64,000 nucleotides of DNA from Takakia lepidozioides (lineage: Eukaryota; Plantae; Bryophyta). The DNA lies in contig CM060731.1 in the NCBI GenBank assembly GCA_030704615.1, forward strand, positions 26,598,001-26,662,000, read 5' to 3'. A program made the position numbers and the translations under genes. Each line of letters starts with the position of its first letter. Within the stretch, counting starts at the first letter, position 1. Positions 12,941-24,576 of the stretch are shown here, one piece after another. A model generated the notes under the pieces. The model was given only the letters and a program-made list of their open reading frames with translations. It ran no database searches and was not told the DNA's origin.

Positions 12941-14733
12941 CTAGTTTTGTGTGGCTCTCAACAAAACTATTAGTTCTGCTTTCCTAAGTTTTGAGTAGCC
13001 CTTGAGACCCCTTGCTTTAGCAAGGCTCTTCAAGTCAGGTAGCTTGTAGCTTGCGAGCGTCTTCAAGTCGGGTAGCTTGTAGCTTGCGAGGTCCTCACTT
13101 GTGCACCCACTCTGCACAGATACCTGTGCTTCAGCATGCTCACCACTTGCTCTCACTTTTGAGTTTTGTCTTACTAAGTGATGTCCATTTGAACTGGGAT
13201 GCTTCTCTCCATGCTCAAGGTGTGAATTGATCCTTTCCTCGAGAGTATCAACTTTCTTTGCCACCACTTCCTGCAACTCTAGTGGTAGCTGTGATACTAC
13301 AAAGGAATTTGGTCCTCCGTCAACATTCCTGGTGACAGCTACTTCTCGCAAGACCTCAGCTGCTGGAGCAGGAGCATCTTTTTGTCGTGGTGGAATGGGT
13401 GTTTGCTTTCTAAAGGCTGAGGGCAGCCGGGTTGGAAAGCACGGTTGGATAGTCCCCTTCACCATTTCTTTCAACCTCTCCTCCTCACCAAGTGGTATGG
13501 TTTCCAGATTTCGGCCCCCAAGAGGTCTTCCATGTTCTGGGGCCTGTATGGTTGGAAGTGGCAATGGCATATCTTGAATGGGGTCTGCCCCGTAGTTGCC
13601 TACAACATCCACAATGCTAGATGCTTCTGTGGATGATTCTGGCAGGAATAGAGCCGCTTGAGCAGGAGCATCTGTCGATCTTTGTGAAATTGGTGATTGC
13701 TTTCTAAAAGCTGAGGGTAACCGAGGTGGAAAACAGGGTTGGATAGTCCCATTTGCCATTTCTTTCACTGTCTCCTCACCAACTGGTACATCTTCCACAA
13801 CTTGGCTCCCAAGAGGTTTCTCACTCTCCAAGATTGCGATGGGTGCTGTTGGAAGTGGCAGCTGCGATTCTTGGATTGGGTCTCCCGCATCCTTGACTAC
13901 CAAATCTGCAGTCCTAGATACTTCTACGGATGATTCTGGCAGGAGTTGAGCCACTTCAGCAGGAGCATCTGTCCGTCGTTGTGAAATAGGTGACTGCTTT
14001 CTAAAAGCTGAGGGTAACCGAGGTGGATAATAGGGTTGCTTCACCATTTCTTTCAACCTCTCCTTACCAACTGCTACAGCTTCTGCATTTCGGCTCACAA
14101 GTGGTCTTCCCTCCTCCAAGATTGGGCTGGGTGAGGTTTCCAGTTGCAGCAGTGAATCATGAATGGGGTTTGCCCTGTAGTCGTCACTAACATCCCTGGT
14201 GCCAGCTACTTCCGTGGATGATTCTAGCAGGACAACTTCTGGAAAGACCTCCACTGTCTGAGCAGCAGCATCCGTGAGCCGTGGTAGAATGGGCGATTGC
14301 TTTTCAAAAGCTGAGGGTAACTGAGTTGGAAGACAGGGTTGGATAGTCCCCTTGGCTATTTCTTTGATTTTCTCCTCAACAGCTGATACAGCTTGCACAT
14401 TGTGGCCCTCAGGAAGTCTCCCCTTCTGGCGAACAGCCAGGACTGGGATGGGTGAGTGCCTCTGGAAGTTTGAAGGCAAGCGTTGCGGCAGGTTGACAGG
14501 TGTCAAGGTAGGAGAGGCCACATCAGTCCCATCTAGGTACTCCACCTGGGATGACAATAGGTCATCTGATGACTTCCTTGTATTTTGCGGTGGCGGGCCC
14601 CCTACAAGGGGACTCCCGTCTGCAAGCTGTGCCCATCCCAGCCGCTGCATCAAAGTTGATACACCAGCTGCCAACCCAATGCCCATATCTACAACTCTTT
14701 TTATGAGCTCCATGCCTGGCTTCGGCAGAGGTC
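12941..14733 (-). CDS. RHON1-like protein with C-terminal Rho termination factor N-terminal (Rho_N) domain and internal repeats; large terminal exon, true start unresolved
   Basis: C-terminus LASYKLPDLKSLAKARGLKGYSKLRKAELIVLL fits Rho_N; repeated RLPSAFRKQSPI resembles the RPxSxFxxxSP motif of plant Rho_N proteins; acceptor-like ttggcag ends at 14734. I could not phase an upstream coding exon. Confidence 0.8.
13330..14490 (-). repeat. Coding tandem repeat of about 294-303 bp (about 99 aa) in the Rho_N gene
   Basis: The anchor ctgagggtaa/ctgagggcag occurs at 13417, 13711, 14008 and 14311 (spacings 294, 297, 303); a more diverged motif copy lies near 14470. Confidence 0.9.
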
Positions 14734-17261
14734 CTGCCAATCACATTGTCAGCACTTCCTATTACCGTACTCCAGTCTGTGATGGAAATCCTAATTTAGG
14801 ATGCAGATGTGCGAACTTGGAAGTGTTTTGGTGAGTCTGGCCAAAAGTAGCCCAGCAAGAAAGAACAGCTCACTACCCTTTGGGACTGAGCAATCATGGT
14901 GCAGTAAAGTGCTTCTTTGAATGCTAGGCTGGTGATCTGGAAAGCTTGCATTCGCAGGTCAAGGCATCTGCAATTACTTTTCACTTGTCACTCCCAGGTG
15001 AACATGACAAGAAATAGAGTGATACTTCCCACCCCCTGTTCATATCTGACCTCCCTGTTTCTCCCCAGTCACCAGATGCAAATCAAACAATTTCTTTTTC
15101 ACACTTGCCCTAAACTTAGAGGAGTTGTGTGATGATCTTATTGCGCAAACTCACCAGTTGGCCGAGGTTACCGGAGGGCCCCTTTCACAACGATGATGGA
15201 TGATCGTTACCACCTCATTGCAGATCCAAAAGGTTCTGAATCCATGAATTTCAAATGAGTAAGGCCCAATGTGGGTACTCTGAATTCCAGAATTATCGAC
15301 AAGTTGAAGAAAGCGTGGCATACCTTCAAAAGACTTGATTTCAGCCTCCCCATCGCCCATAGACAACACCGGGGGATCTTCTCCGTGGGTACATTGCCTG
15401 TGCGGCGCAGCACCCCGAGACCTTCCTCTGCAAGGGCCCAAAAAGCAGATTCCTACAGTCAGACCACTAGAGGTTTTGCAAAGAAACCATTCAAGAAAGT
15501 GAAATGACTTTCTGGAGTATCAATCTGCAAAGGGTGAAGAGTATAGCTGAGGGAACAAAAGTGGTAGTCAGCATGAATTACTGCAGCTGCACTCAGGCAC
15601 ATACATTCCGGGTACAATGGCTGCTCAAACTTAGTGCTATCAAATGTTTTCTGTAAATTCTAAGCTCAGATTAGCCAGCCCTAAGTATGGCCCTGCTTGA
15701 GCTAATTCTGGTTCGTTGATGGCCGACAGCGCAGCACTACAGCTACATATTGAACTGAGACAACCCTCCCGGAGTGAAATGGACGATAGAGTGTTCTGAG
15801 GAAACCAGCCTTCCAAATCAATCCTCAGAAATGCCAAGAAATTGCGACGAGTTTAATCTTACACAGAAATCCGGCCTTTCACAGGAACACCATGAAGAGT
15901 TATGCGAGGTCCACTATGGCGCCTTCTTCCCCCCGCACTCTGTCTCCTTGTAGCTTCCACTGATAATACCTGTACACTGCTGCCCACAGGCCCTTGCAAA
16001 CGAGCTGCCAATGATGGGCCCATAGCTGAGAGGCCCAGATACGCACACCCACCAATAAACTAACTATCTACATTAGGTTTCCAACCTGTGTCGAGTGGAA
16101 ATAAGCACACAAGAAGTGTCCGCAATCGTGGTACAATGAAAGAGCGGGAAACATATCAAAAGAAGGAAGGGGAAGCAAAGATCCTCTGACGTTATCAAGA
16201 GAAGTGGAGAGAGGTTGCATAGCTGAGCTTTTCTTGAACCTTCATCTTTCTACCAGGGGATCAATCTCTTCATTCCTCATTGGGCGATTTTCCTTCCACT
16301 CTAAAACATGGGTCATCCGTCGCGATTGCCCAGGCTACCCCCAGATTCTAGACTCAGACACAACATTTGTTCCGATGTGAAATTCCATCATCCAATGCGA
16401 GAGACGCTTTGGCACGCACTGTAGCTATTATCATCACTTTTACTCATTGCATAGATAACGAACGGCGGTTACCTATTCCAACCTGGGGAGATGGACACAT
16501 GCATCACTCGAACACCCAACAGTTTCGCGCGAAGGTTGTGGCCCGTCGGGTACTCTGAATCTGTCAGTGTGATCATCAAAGCAGGCAAGGCGGATTGGGT
16601 TTATTTGTTTGTCTTGACTCTGCTAATGCTTGATGATCGAAGCGCGTACCGTTTGCTTTGAATGATATAACTATTTCGTGCAAGCATGGGAAATTTTAAT
16701 CCTAGTCCCTTCCGTGTGGAGCATCAAGTATTTGAATAGAATCTGAAGTTCCATTGTTTTCCATCTCAATGTGTACACTTGCGTGTTTGGATGGTGATGT
16801 TTCTGGAATCAACGCCTTATACTTTGCATTCTATCTCTTCATCATGAACCACAGCTAAGATTCTGCATTGGCGTGCCCATCACTCCACCTCTTACAGTCC
16901 AACCATTCAAAGACTTCAGTGCTTTTGTGACTTGTTACAATGTGCTGGCCATCTGCTACTCTAAGCTGGTTGCTGATATCCTTCTTCCAATGTGCTGGAG
17001 TCTGGCCATCTTTGCCCTTGGGAAGATGTCCAAATCACTCAAAAGCTTGAGCAGTGCTTGTGGTGGCGCAGGCTCCTTGATCACTGATAGCACAATGGGC
17101 TACCAAGACATCCTACAAAATCATGAATATCATAAATCATGGATATGCAAGCTGACGTGAATTTCAAGCAAGGGAATTTGCATGAGAGTCTCTGTTGAAA
17201 CAGTCAAACTCCATGCTGGTCTCCTCACCCCTAGTTATGAAACTATTTAACATCTAGGAGA

Positions 17262-17960
17262 AATGAAATGGTACTTTATGACATCCGCGGGAAGCTCGAA
17301 GAGCTTATGGGGCAAGAGAAAGAAACAACAAAGCGAATGTACTCATAAGACGTTGTTTGCAGTAGCCTTGTTGCCATTGAGCCCGCGCTCAGTTTGATCG
17401 GAACACAACGGGACAGAAACTGCCTGTCAGGGGCTGATGCTGGTAGGTATGACTTACATTGAAATAGACAATTGATCCGAGTTTCCAGATATCCTCTAGA
17501 AATCCCTTCACACAAACATCAATCTGCTGTGGGTGATTCGCCCAATAACTAGACCCTAAAAGGGCCTGGGTTTTTGGCTCAGCTGCGAGATTTTCAAAGT
17601 TAGTAAACAGATGTACAGGAACAATTCCCTTGATGGATTTGAAGAGGGTGTGTCTCTGGTGAGAGTACCCAGGACAATGAATCAGAAAGTGGATATGTCT
17701 TCAGGTTGCCCACACAATGGACATTTGCAATCCCCCTTTCCTCTCTGCGTCTGTTTGCTGTTCAAAGGTAGGCTTCCTGCCCTGAGTTTAGATTTTAGTC
17801 TAAAACAAGAAAGAGAGGGGCCACAAGCAGCCCAAAAACAACTGTTGCTCAAGGGATTGTCTAAGAGTCAGCTTCATGCAGGTCAGCTGCCAAGCAATTC
17901 TGATCCTCATAATGGAAGACGACCTCAGTGAGAGATTGGGTATCCCGGCACAGACAGCTA
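17262..17960 (-). mobile_element. LINE family B 3' fragment interrupted by a LINE family A 3' fragment (17337-17802)
   Basis: B tail (ATTTC)n and hairpin at 17262-17322; the A fragment matches 38912-39380; imperfect 14-bp TSD AAACAACAAAGCGA 17323-17336 / AAACAAGAAAGAGA 17803-17816; B sequence resumes at 17817. Confidence 0.8.
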
Positions 17961-18459
17961 AATCTCCCACAATCTCATGGTATAAAGGGCAGTGAAAGCC
18001 AACATAAAATGGAGGCTCAAAGGAAGCAAGTGAAGCACCCTATTTAATGAGATTATTTTGAACCTCGAGGTTTACAAAGAGAACAATGTGTTGTGAGCTT
18101 TGATGAGATTCATCTCAGGTGCTCCACATATAGGTTAGAAAATGCAAAAGAAACACAATCGTATGAGGAAATGCATTGTACAATCCTTTCTGTACTTGTG
18201 TCCCTTAAATCAGGAGCGGAATTTGTAACTGGACAACATTAGGTGTCCAGTGAATGTCACAGGCCTACACTATGCCTACAAAATCTGTGTCAGTGCCACA
18301 AGAACTCGGCGGCCTCCTCCCTTGTGTATCGTACGAGGGAGGACATACAGAGTTCAAGTGAAGGGGTTTGAGGTTCTCAAGAGGGTGGGAGTGAAGTACA
18401 GAATGAGACCAAGACAATATGCCATTCAGAAAAAGCAACATTCAAACTGAAGGAATATA

Positions 18460-19080
18460 AGTTACTATTGGGGGAAGGAATCTCACCCGGATCTCTGCAG
18501 ACATGTCCTCATCAATACCAGTGATAGGTTTAGCGAAGAAACTTGGGGCTACTTTGAGCTCAGGGCACTCCACTGCTGCAGGCTGAACCCTTTTGCTTCT
18601 CAAGGTCCTCATTTCATTTGTAATTTTCGATGCCGCCATTTTTGCGTCATAAATGTCTTACTTCCCCACGTGAGATCATAATCACAAATGGTCGAGCATC
18701 GAACACAAAGTTACCCCCTAATGTGTACCATATAACTTTCAACGGAAGCTTTTCAAGACCATGTTCAGAAATCCATGCAGACAAAATCTTTTCAATATTC
18801 ATAGCATCTCTTGAGGTCTCTGGGGACCAATCCTGCCAGCCCCCTCCTAAGCTCTTGATTGCAATCACAGGAAATCCCCAAGATAAACCCTGGCACACCA
18901 AAGTCCTGTGTTCTGGAATCCCTGTAGGTAGTTGCTGTACCACCTCCACTGTGTGCAATGAAGAGGATTGCACCGGGTTTTGGGGAACTTGCCAGACCAC
19001 ATCGACCCCCTCCCTCGTCTCATGGAAAGCTTTCATCTCCACCGCGTACCATTTTGCTGAAGGGTTTGAGAGCCTCAGAT
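18460..19080 (-). pseudogene. Intronless decayed copy of a plant alpha/beta-hydrolase-like gene
   Basis: VVWQVP..P, G.PE.R..V...L..GF.V.AI.S, W...GLEKLPL, GG.FV, IMI..G and C.E..V.P.FF...I.G.D recall an uncharacterised plant alpha/beta-hydrolase family; the expected nucleophile motif is degraded and the frame is broken near 18645. Confidence 0.5.
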
Positions 19081-20592
19081 GAATTGCAAAATTGAAGACA
19101 GTCCAATGTACGGATGAGCCATCTCAGCTGTTGGGTGCAACAGCAATCAGTGTTGAAAGACAGAGTTTAAGGGGCGGCAAGAGAAAATGTTTTTGCAGCT
19201 CATGTGTAAAATTTACAACTAACAGGAGTTCAGTTAGATGACCTGAAAAATTGTAAGAAATCCTAACGCACACGTCTGGTATTCCAGCAACAGCACTTGG
19301 TGTTTGTAAGGGACAATTTCAACAGATGGAAGGCGAAAGTGTGTGTAAAACACTTCCCACCTTAACAACGATATTCTACAGTACCCACGGTTTTGTCAAG
19401 CGCACTTAAGCCCTCAGTTTTACTAAGATAGACAACTCTCAGGAGCATGACTCTCATTTCCTGGTGCCAAATACCTGCTGAATATGTTAGCTGGGTGTTA
19501 GTTAAGCTACAGGTGTCGTGGCTCGTACTTGAGCTGGGTATGACTAAATACTCTGCTGTTTTCAAAACTGTGGAGGCCAAACAATCTCCTTCTAATAAGG
19601 CCTGTAACCCTCTTCCTCTTTCTTTCTCTGCAACTCACCCTACCAGTCCCCAGGTGCTATGTGCCCATTACCACAGTGGGCTACAATTTGCTTGTCCCAC
19701 CAAAATCCCTGCAGCAGAGCCCTCATCCTCCTCCTGTATATACTTTCTGAGGGCGGTGGCCCCCGGCCCAGTCAAGCGGTGGTGGAGCTTTGTAACTTAG
19801 AAGGAGGCCCCACGGCCCAACATATACTAATAAGTTACTTCTATGCTCTCCTCTACACATGGCCTCAAATATGAGCCATTCCAACACCCCTCCCGAGTGG
19901 CCGCTTCAATGCTCTCCTTTGTTTCCACCTTGCGAAATAACCCCTGCAAAAAATTTGGGACCCTTATTTTTACCAGCCCGGTCCCCCATGTTCTTGCTCG
20001 AGAGTAGTTTTATGGGTGCAGTGTCGCACAGGCCTTGCCTCGCATATCACAGCAAAACGTTGGTGTGGGTCCTACACGAGACGTAGCTGGCATTGTGGAC
20101 AGGGTGGGGAGGTATCGGTAGCAATCAACGAATATAGGAACAGAGAGGAGAGATGAAACGGAGTCGGACGGGGATTGAGAGAAGGTGCACAGATTGCTGT
20201 CATCGCACTGTTCCATCCCATCCCGATGCTCATGTGGGTTCTGTCTCACACTCCCGTTTTTTACGTGCCTCTAAATCTCACTCTGTAACTGAAGTTCAAC
20301 AGTACTTTAGATTGGTCTGTCAATGCTGCCTTCTTCCTCTCGCCCACGTCTGCTGTTCTTTTTCTCTACTCTGCCTGCTTCGTCCAGTCAATGAGGCTGC
20401 TTAGAAGCAAGCCACGGTCGATGAGAAGAAGGGTGCCGACATTACGTATGTTGCGCATCCTGTATGCATTCCGCTGTCTTCATGCACGTTAGCGGCAAAG
20501 GTTCATGGCTTGTAGCTCGGGGTAGTGCCTAGTTCGGGCCACGGGCAACGGCTGTGTTCTAGCCAGTTTAGGTCACTGGTTTGAGCTCAGGT

Positions 20593-23398
20593 ATGGCGGC
20601 AGCTGCTGTGCACAGCCAGCGACGGTCCTTCCACAACTATCCCGGTCATCACGAAGAAAATTCAGGTGAACCAGCATTCCCATTTTCCAGAGAGAAAGGA
20701 AACAAGATATCGCCAAACTTTTGCTTCAAAGTAGTGTTTTGTCTCTTGTTCTCACATCGTTCTTGTCTCCAGGAGGAGTTTTTAGTGTGATCTGTGTTGG
20801 CGAGAAGCATTTGGGCCTAGTCTATAGAATTGGCCAGAAAAGTGCTTATGAAATTTGTGCTCGAAGATCTCTTCAAGCCGGCTCTCGGAAGCGGGAGGTA
20901 GATCGGCACACCAGAAACACCCCAGGGCAGGATCGTAACTCGGGCACCAGGAGCTTTGTTGGTCTGCTGCTTGCGAAAGCCCTTGGCGCCTTCCTTAAGT
21001 CTCAGGTGTGCGCACGATGTGTTGTCTGTATTTATTGAGATGTTAAAAGGATCGTGTACAGAGGAATCACTTCGCAGCGGAAAGTGGGAGACAAGGACTT
21101 ACAAACTGTACTTGCTGTAGCTTTTTAGCATTGAATTTTTCCCCGGTCTGGAGAGGGGGTTAAGGACCACAATAGAGTCGAATAACTGCAGTTTCAACGC
21201 TGAGGCTGGCCCCAGCAAGGGAGCGTACAGCAGTGGGTCGAACTAATTTTTGCCTTTAAGACTCCAAGAGCTTTGAACTCACCACAGAAGCGATGACTAA
21301 GGAAGGCGGGGCAGCATCGGAATGTTGGGAAGCATGGTTCTGACAGCGTGTCCCTATATATTCAGCTTGAAGATTTTGGGGAGCTCAATGTGACTGTGAG
21401 AGGGAGCAACTGGGAGCTCTTGTCAGGGAAAGTAAGAGAGGTCCAGGTTTCTGCATCGAAAGCAGTCTATAAGGTATGCTCCTAGTGGTTTTTCTGCCTG
21501 CATATCTCCTCTTAGCTTCAAAGAAACTGATTTTGATACTAGTCGAGGGAGATGTCTGTAAAACATCATGCCCGTTGTGCAGCACAAAGGGTCTCATGCA
21601 GGTATGCCGCCAAGCGATGACATACCCTTGAGGGCATAGACTCGATAGTTTAGAATCCTTCAGGAGCCAGTTCAGTGGTGTTTACACACTAGGATGTGGC
21701 AACTCAGACAGAAATGGCCATGTCTTTCCTGCACAGTCAATGAAGATCTATTTACAGGGAGTGAGGTGTGTTATGGACAGTCTTGTGTAGACATCATGCT
21801 AGAAAACACAATGGTGGCTCCTGCATTGCTGCTCTAGCCCCAATCTGGTCTGTGTCACTTCTAGTCACACTAAGAGAGAGATAAATGTATGCATACTTAA
21901 GAGGTAGAGAGGGAAATGTACTATTGACCATTCCCTGGGATGGTTGGCTATGACATTCCCTACAGAAGAGACAAGAAATATGGGAAGGCCCAAAGGATCC
22001 AAGGCCCAAATGGGCACAGAGAGATAGAGACAGAAATGGGTGGGAAGTTGTCCTCAGAAGCTGCAATGCTTTGCCTGAACAAACATGCTGTAGTGTGTGA
22101 ACATATACCCTGCAGGTGCTACCTATCTTGGCTGGGTGACTGTTAGTATTAAGATACCATGGCTCTTACAGTTAGAGGATCCCCTGTACAATGTGGAAAT
22201 TACTCTAGCTAGTCCTAAACAAATGTGACAGTGTCTGGTTGTGTGAGGTACACTGAACTGCCCCCACTCAGGAAAATGTTTTACAGTATTTCATGGAGTC
22301 CTTAAGGTGCTGGTTGTCTGGTCTGACAGGGTATTTCCCTCACAAATGTGGATTTGGCAGCTTCTCAAGTACTTATCCAACTCAGAGGCAGAAGGTTGGC
22401 ACCATCTCTAATTAATCATCTCTAATCATATTACATATTCTTCACTTTCAGGAAGAACTTTTTCCACTTTCGTTTCAAGCCTTTTGCTGTACTCGGAGAC
22501 CTGTTAGCCCCAAGCAAATACTGACCATACAGTTTATTCTGAATGTAGAACAAATGTGGATAATCATTGGAAGCTTTATCCATTATGTTGCAGTAAAAGT
22601 CAACAGTGACAGCCTAAAAAAATAATCGTCATGTTCATTCTACTGTACCCTCCCCATTGACTTGCCTATTTGATACTTTTGCCTCTCGTTGTGCTGCCAG
22701 TCTAGTTGGAGTGAGGGAAGGGAGGACATGCTGGGAGAGATATAGATAGAGAACAGTTTGTGCTGTATCTGCTGATAAAGGGTGGTTTTTTCTGAGTTGA
22801 TTAGCACTTGCATTGTGGAAATATCAGACTGGAAGACTGACAGGATGAAAGCTGGGAATGGGGATAGGCTGGTGCAGAAGCCCTTTTATGTCAAGGCTTC
22901 AATCCGTGTACAAGAGCAAGATTTGAATGCCAGGTCTCCAACTAAAACCAAAAACCACCAAGCAGAAATTCCCATATCAGGATTTGCAGGCTCTTTGAAT
23001 ATCAAACATAGTTTGGAGGGTTTGTGGTGATTCCTTCGGTTCCTAAGAAGACTGACTGTGTGTTTGTCTGCAGTCTCGCGAGCCCTCTCTTCTCTACGTC
23101 GCTCCAACAGATTTTTCCTGACAAATCTCCCACCCTGAATGTTCGAATGCAAGATGGGACTTTTCATGTCACATCTCCAGGCTCACTATACAGACATGGG
23201 ATTGAGTTTCCAATTATTCTGCGCGTCGAGGTGGAGAAAGATGGTGAGACTGTGCTTGTTGATTCTTTGAAGGATCGTTCCATCCAAAAGAGCTTCAAAA
23301 TGGGACCTGAAGTTCGCATTACTCGATTTTTAGTTGATGACTCTTGTATTGCACTTAATTTAAAGGTTTTGGTGGGGGGGAAGATACAGAAACCTTAA
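20593..23398 (+). CDS. DUF2993 / LmeA-like protein with N-terminal extension (probable plastid transit peptide); exons 20593-20665, 20773-21005, 21366-21473, 22330-22394, 22868-22933, 23074-23398 (289 aa)
   Basis: Phase-consistent GT-AG exons give LLLAKALGAFLKSQ|LEDFGELNVTVRGSNWELLSGKVREVQVSASKAVYK|GISLTNVDLAASQVLIQLRGRR|LVQKPFYVKASIRVQEQDLNAS|LASPLF, matching the pattern of cyanobacterial DUF2993 proteins as I recall it. The start codon is less certain. Confidence 0.75.
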
Positions 23399-24576
23399 TC
23401 CTGACATTCCTCATGCATGGTCCAAGCTTATGGTCACTCCCGGATGTGAGCCTCCTGTTGCACCCCAAGCAGGTGCCAGGAAAGTAGTCATCTGAGAGCA
23501 GGTGGACGAGCACCAGGGGAGATCATGCAAAAAACCTCTCTTCAAAAGCCTTTGTCAGAGTGTCTCTGCACCACAAGCATGGGCTGGACTGTTTCAGCAG
23601 GAACATTGTTAAGTACTGTTTCCATAGTTAAAGAGCCAGAGCGCTTAAACTTTTCCTAGATAGCCTTCAGTAGCCTTCATATTCATCTCTCCAAGAAACA
23701 CAATTTGTATGCTCAAAAACTGATCTGTCTGGTCACACTAGTTATTGAGTATTGAAAATAATTAAAGATGGGATTTTGATTGTGAGATTCCATGGCCATG
23801 TTATTACTTCCAAAGCAATTCCATCATTGATGAAAATAGTGTGCCTTGGTAGGGAGTCTGATATGGACAAGGTCCCATGATCTTGGGTTGAGTCCAGAAC
23901 TATCTCAAGAGTTCTTACAATGCACTTGGGGGACAAAATAGGTTGATGGCTGTTGAAGCCAGTGCAGTTTATGGTTTCCACCCCCAAAGGACTATTGCAG
24001 AAGGTGGACAGTTTCTAAGGTTCGGATGTGGGTGCCCAAACCTCTCCCAGGACTCTCCCAAGGACTGGACCGCTCTACTACACACATCAAGTACCTGACA
24101 TCAAGTAACTGGTTGAACTTGGGACCTCCTTTTATAGCTGGGGTAGCTGGGTGGCTGTATGGGGTGACGCGTCTACTATGTACATATGTGGATACTGAGG
24201 ACCACTATGCCACCGTTGAGCGTTTGTACTAAGTCTGCTGTGTGGTGGAGAGATGGGCGATTCCCACACGACATATTTCACACTGTTTTCATGGCAACAC
24301 ACTATCTGGGGAACAAAGTTGGAACATACATAAGGCAAGGAAGGTCTGATTCAGACCTCTTCTGTGGGGAAATAGTTGGTCGGCACACCAAATTCATACT
24401 TATGGGTTATTGCCTTCAAGAAATGAGATTAGTTATAATATGAAGTGGGGTTGTATGGCCTCCTCCCTGGTATATAGTATATAAGCCCAAGGTGAGTGGA
24501 CGCTGGGCATGCAGTCGTCCCGAGGTGCGAGACGAAGTGCATGTTGATCAGCGCTGCGACCCACTCTGCAGAAGGA

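Noticed and set aside
15151-15441. Upstream coding exon for the Rho_N gene
   Set aside because: The donor near 15154 is not in a phase that joins the main exon without a stop; probably 5' UTR.
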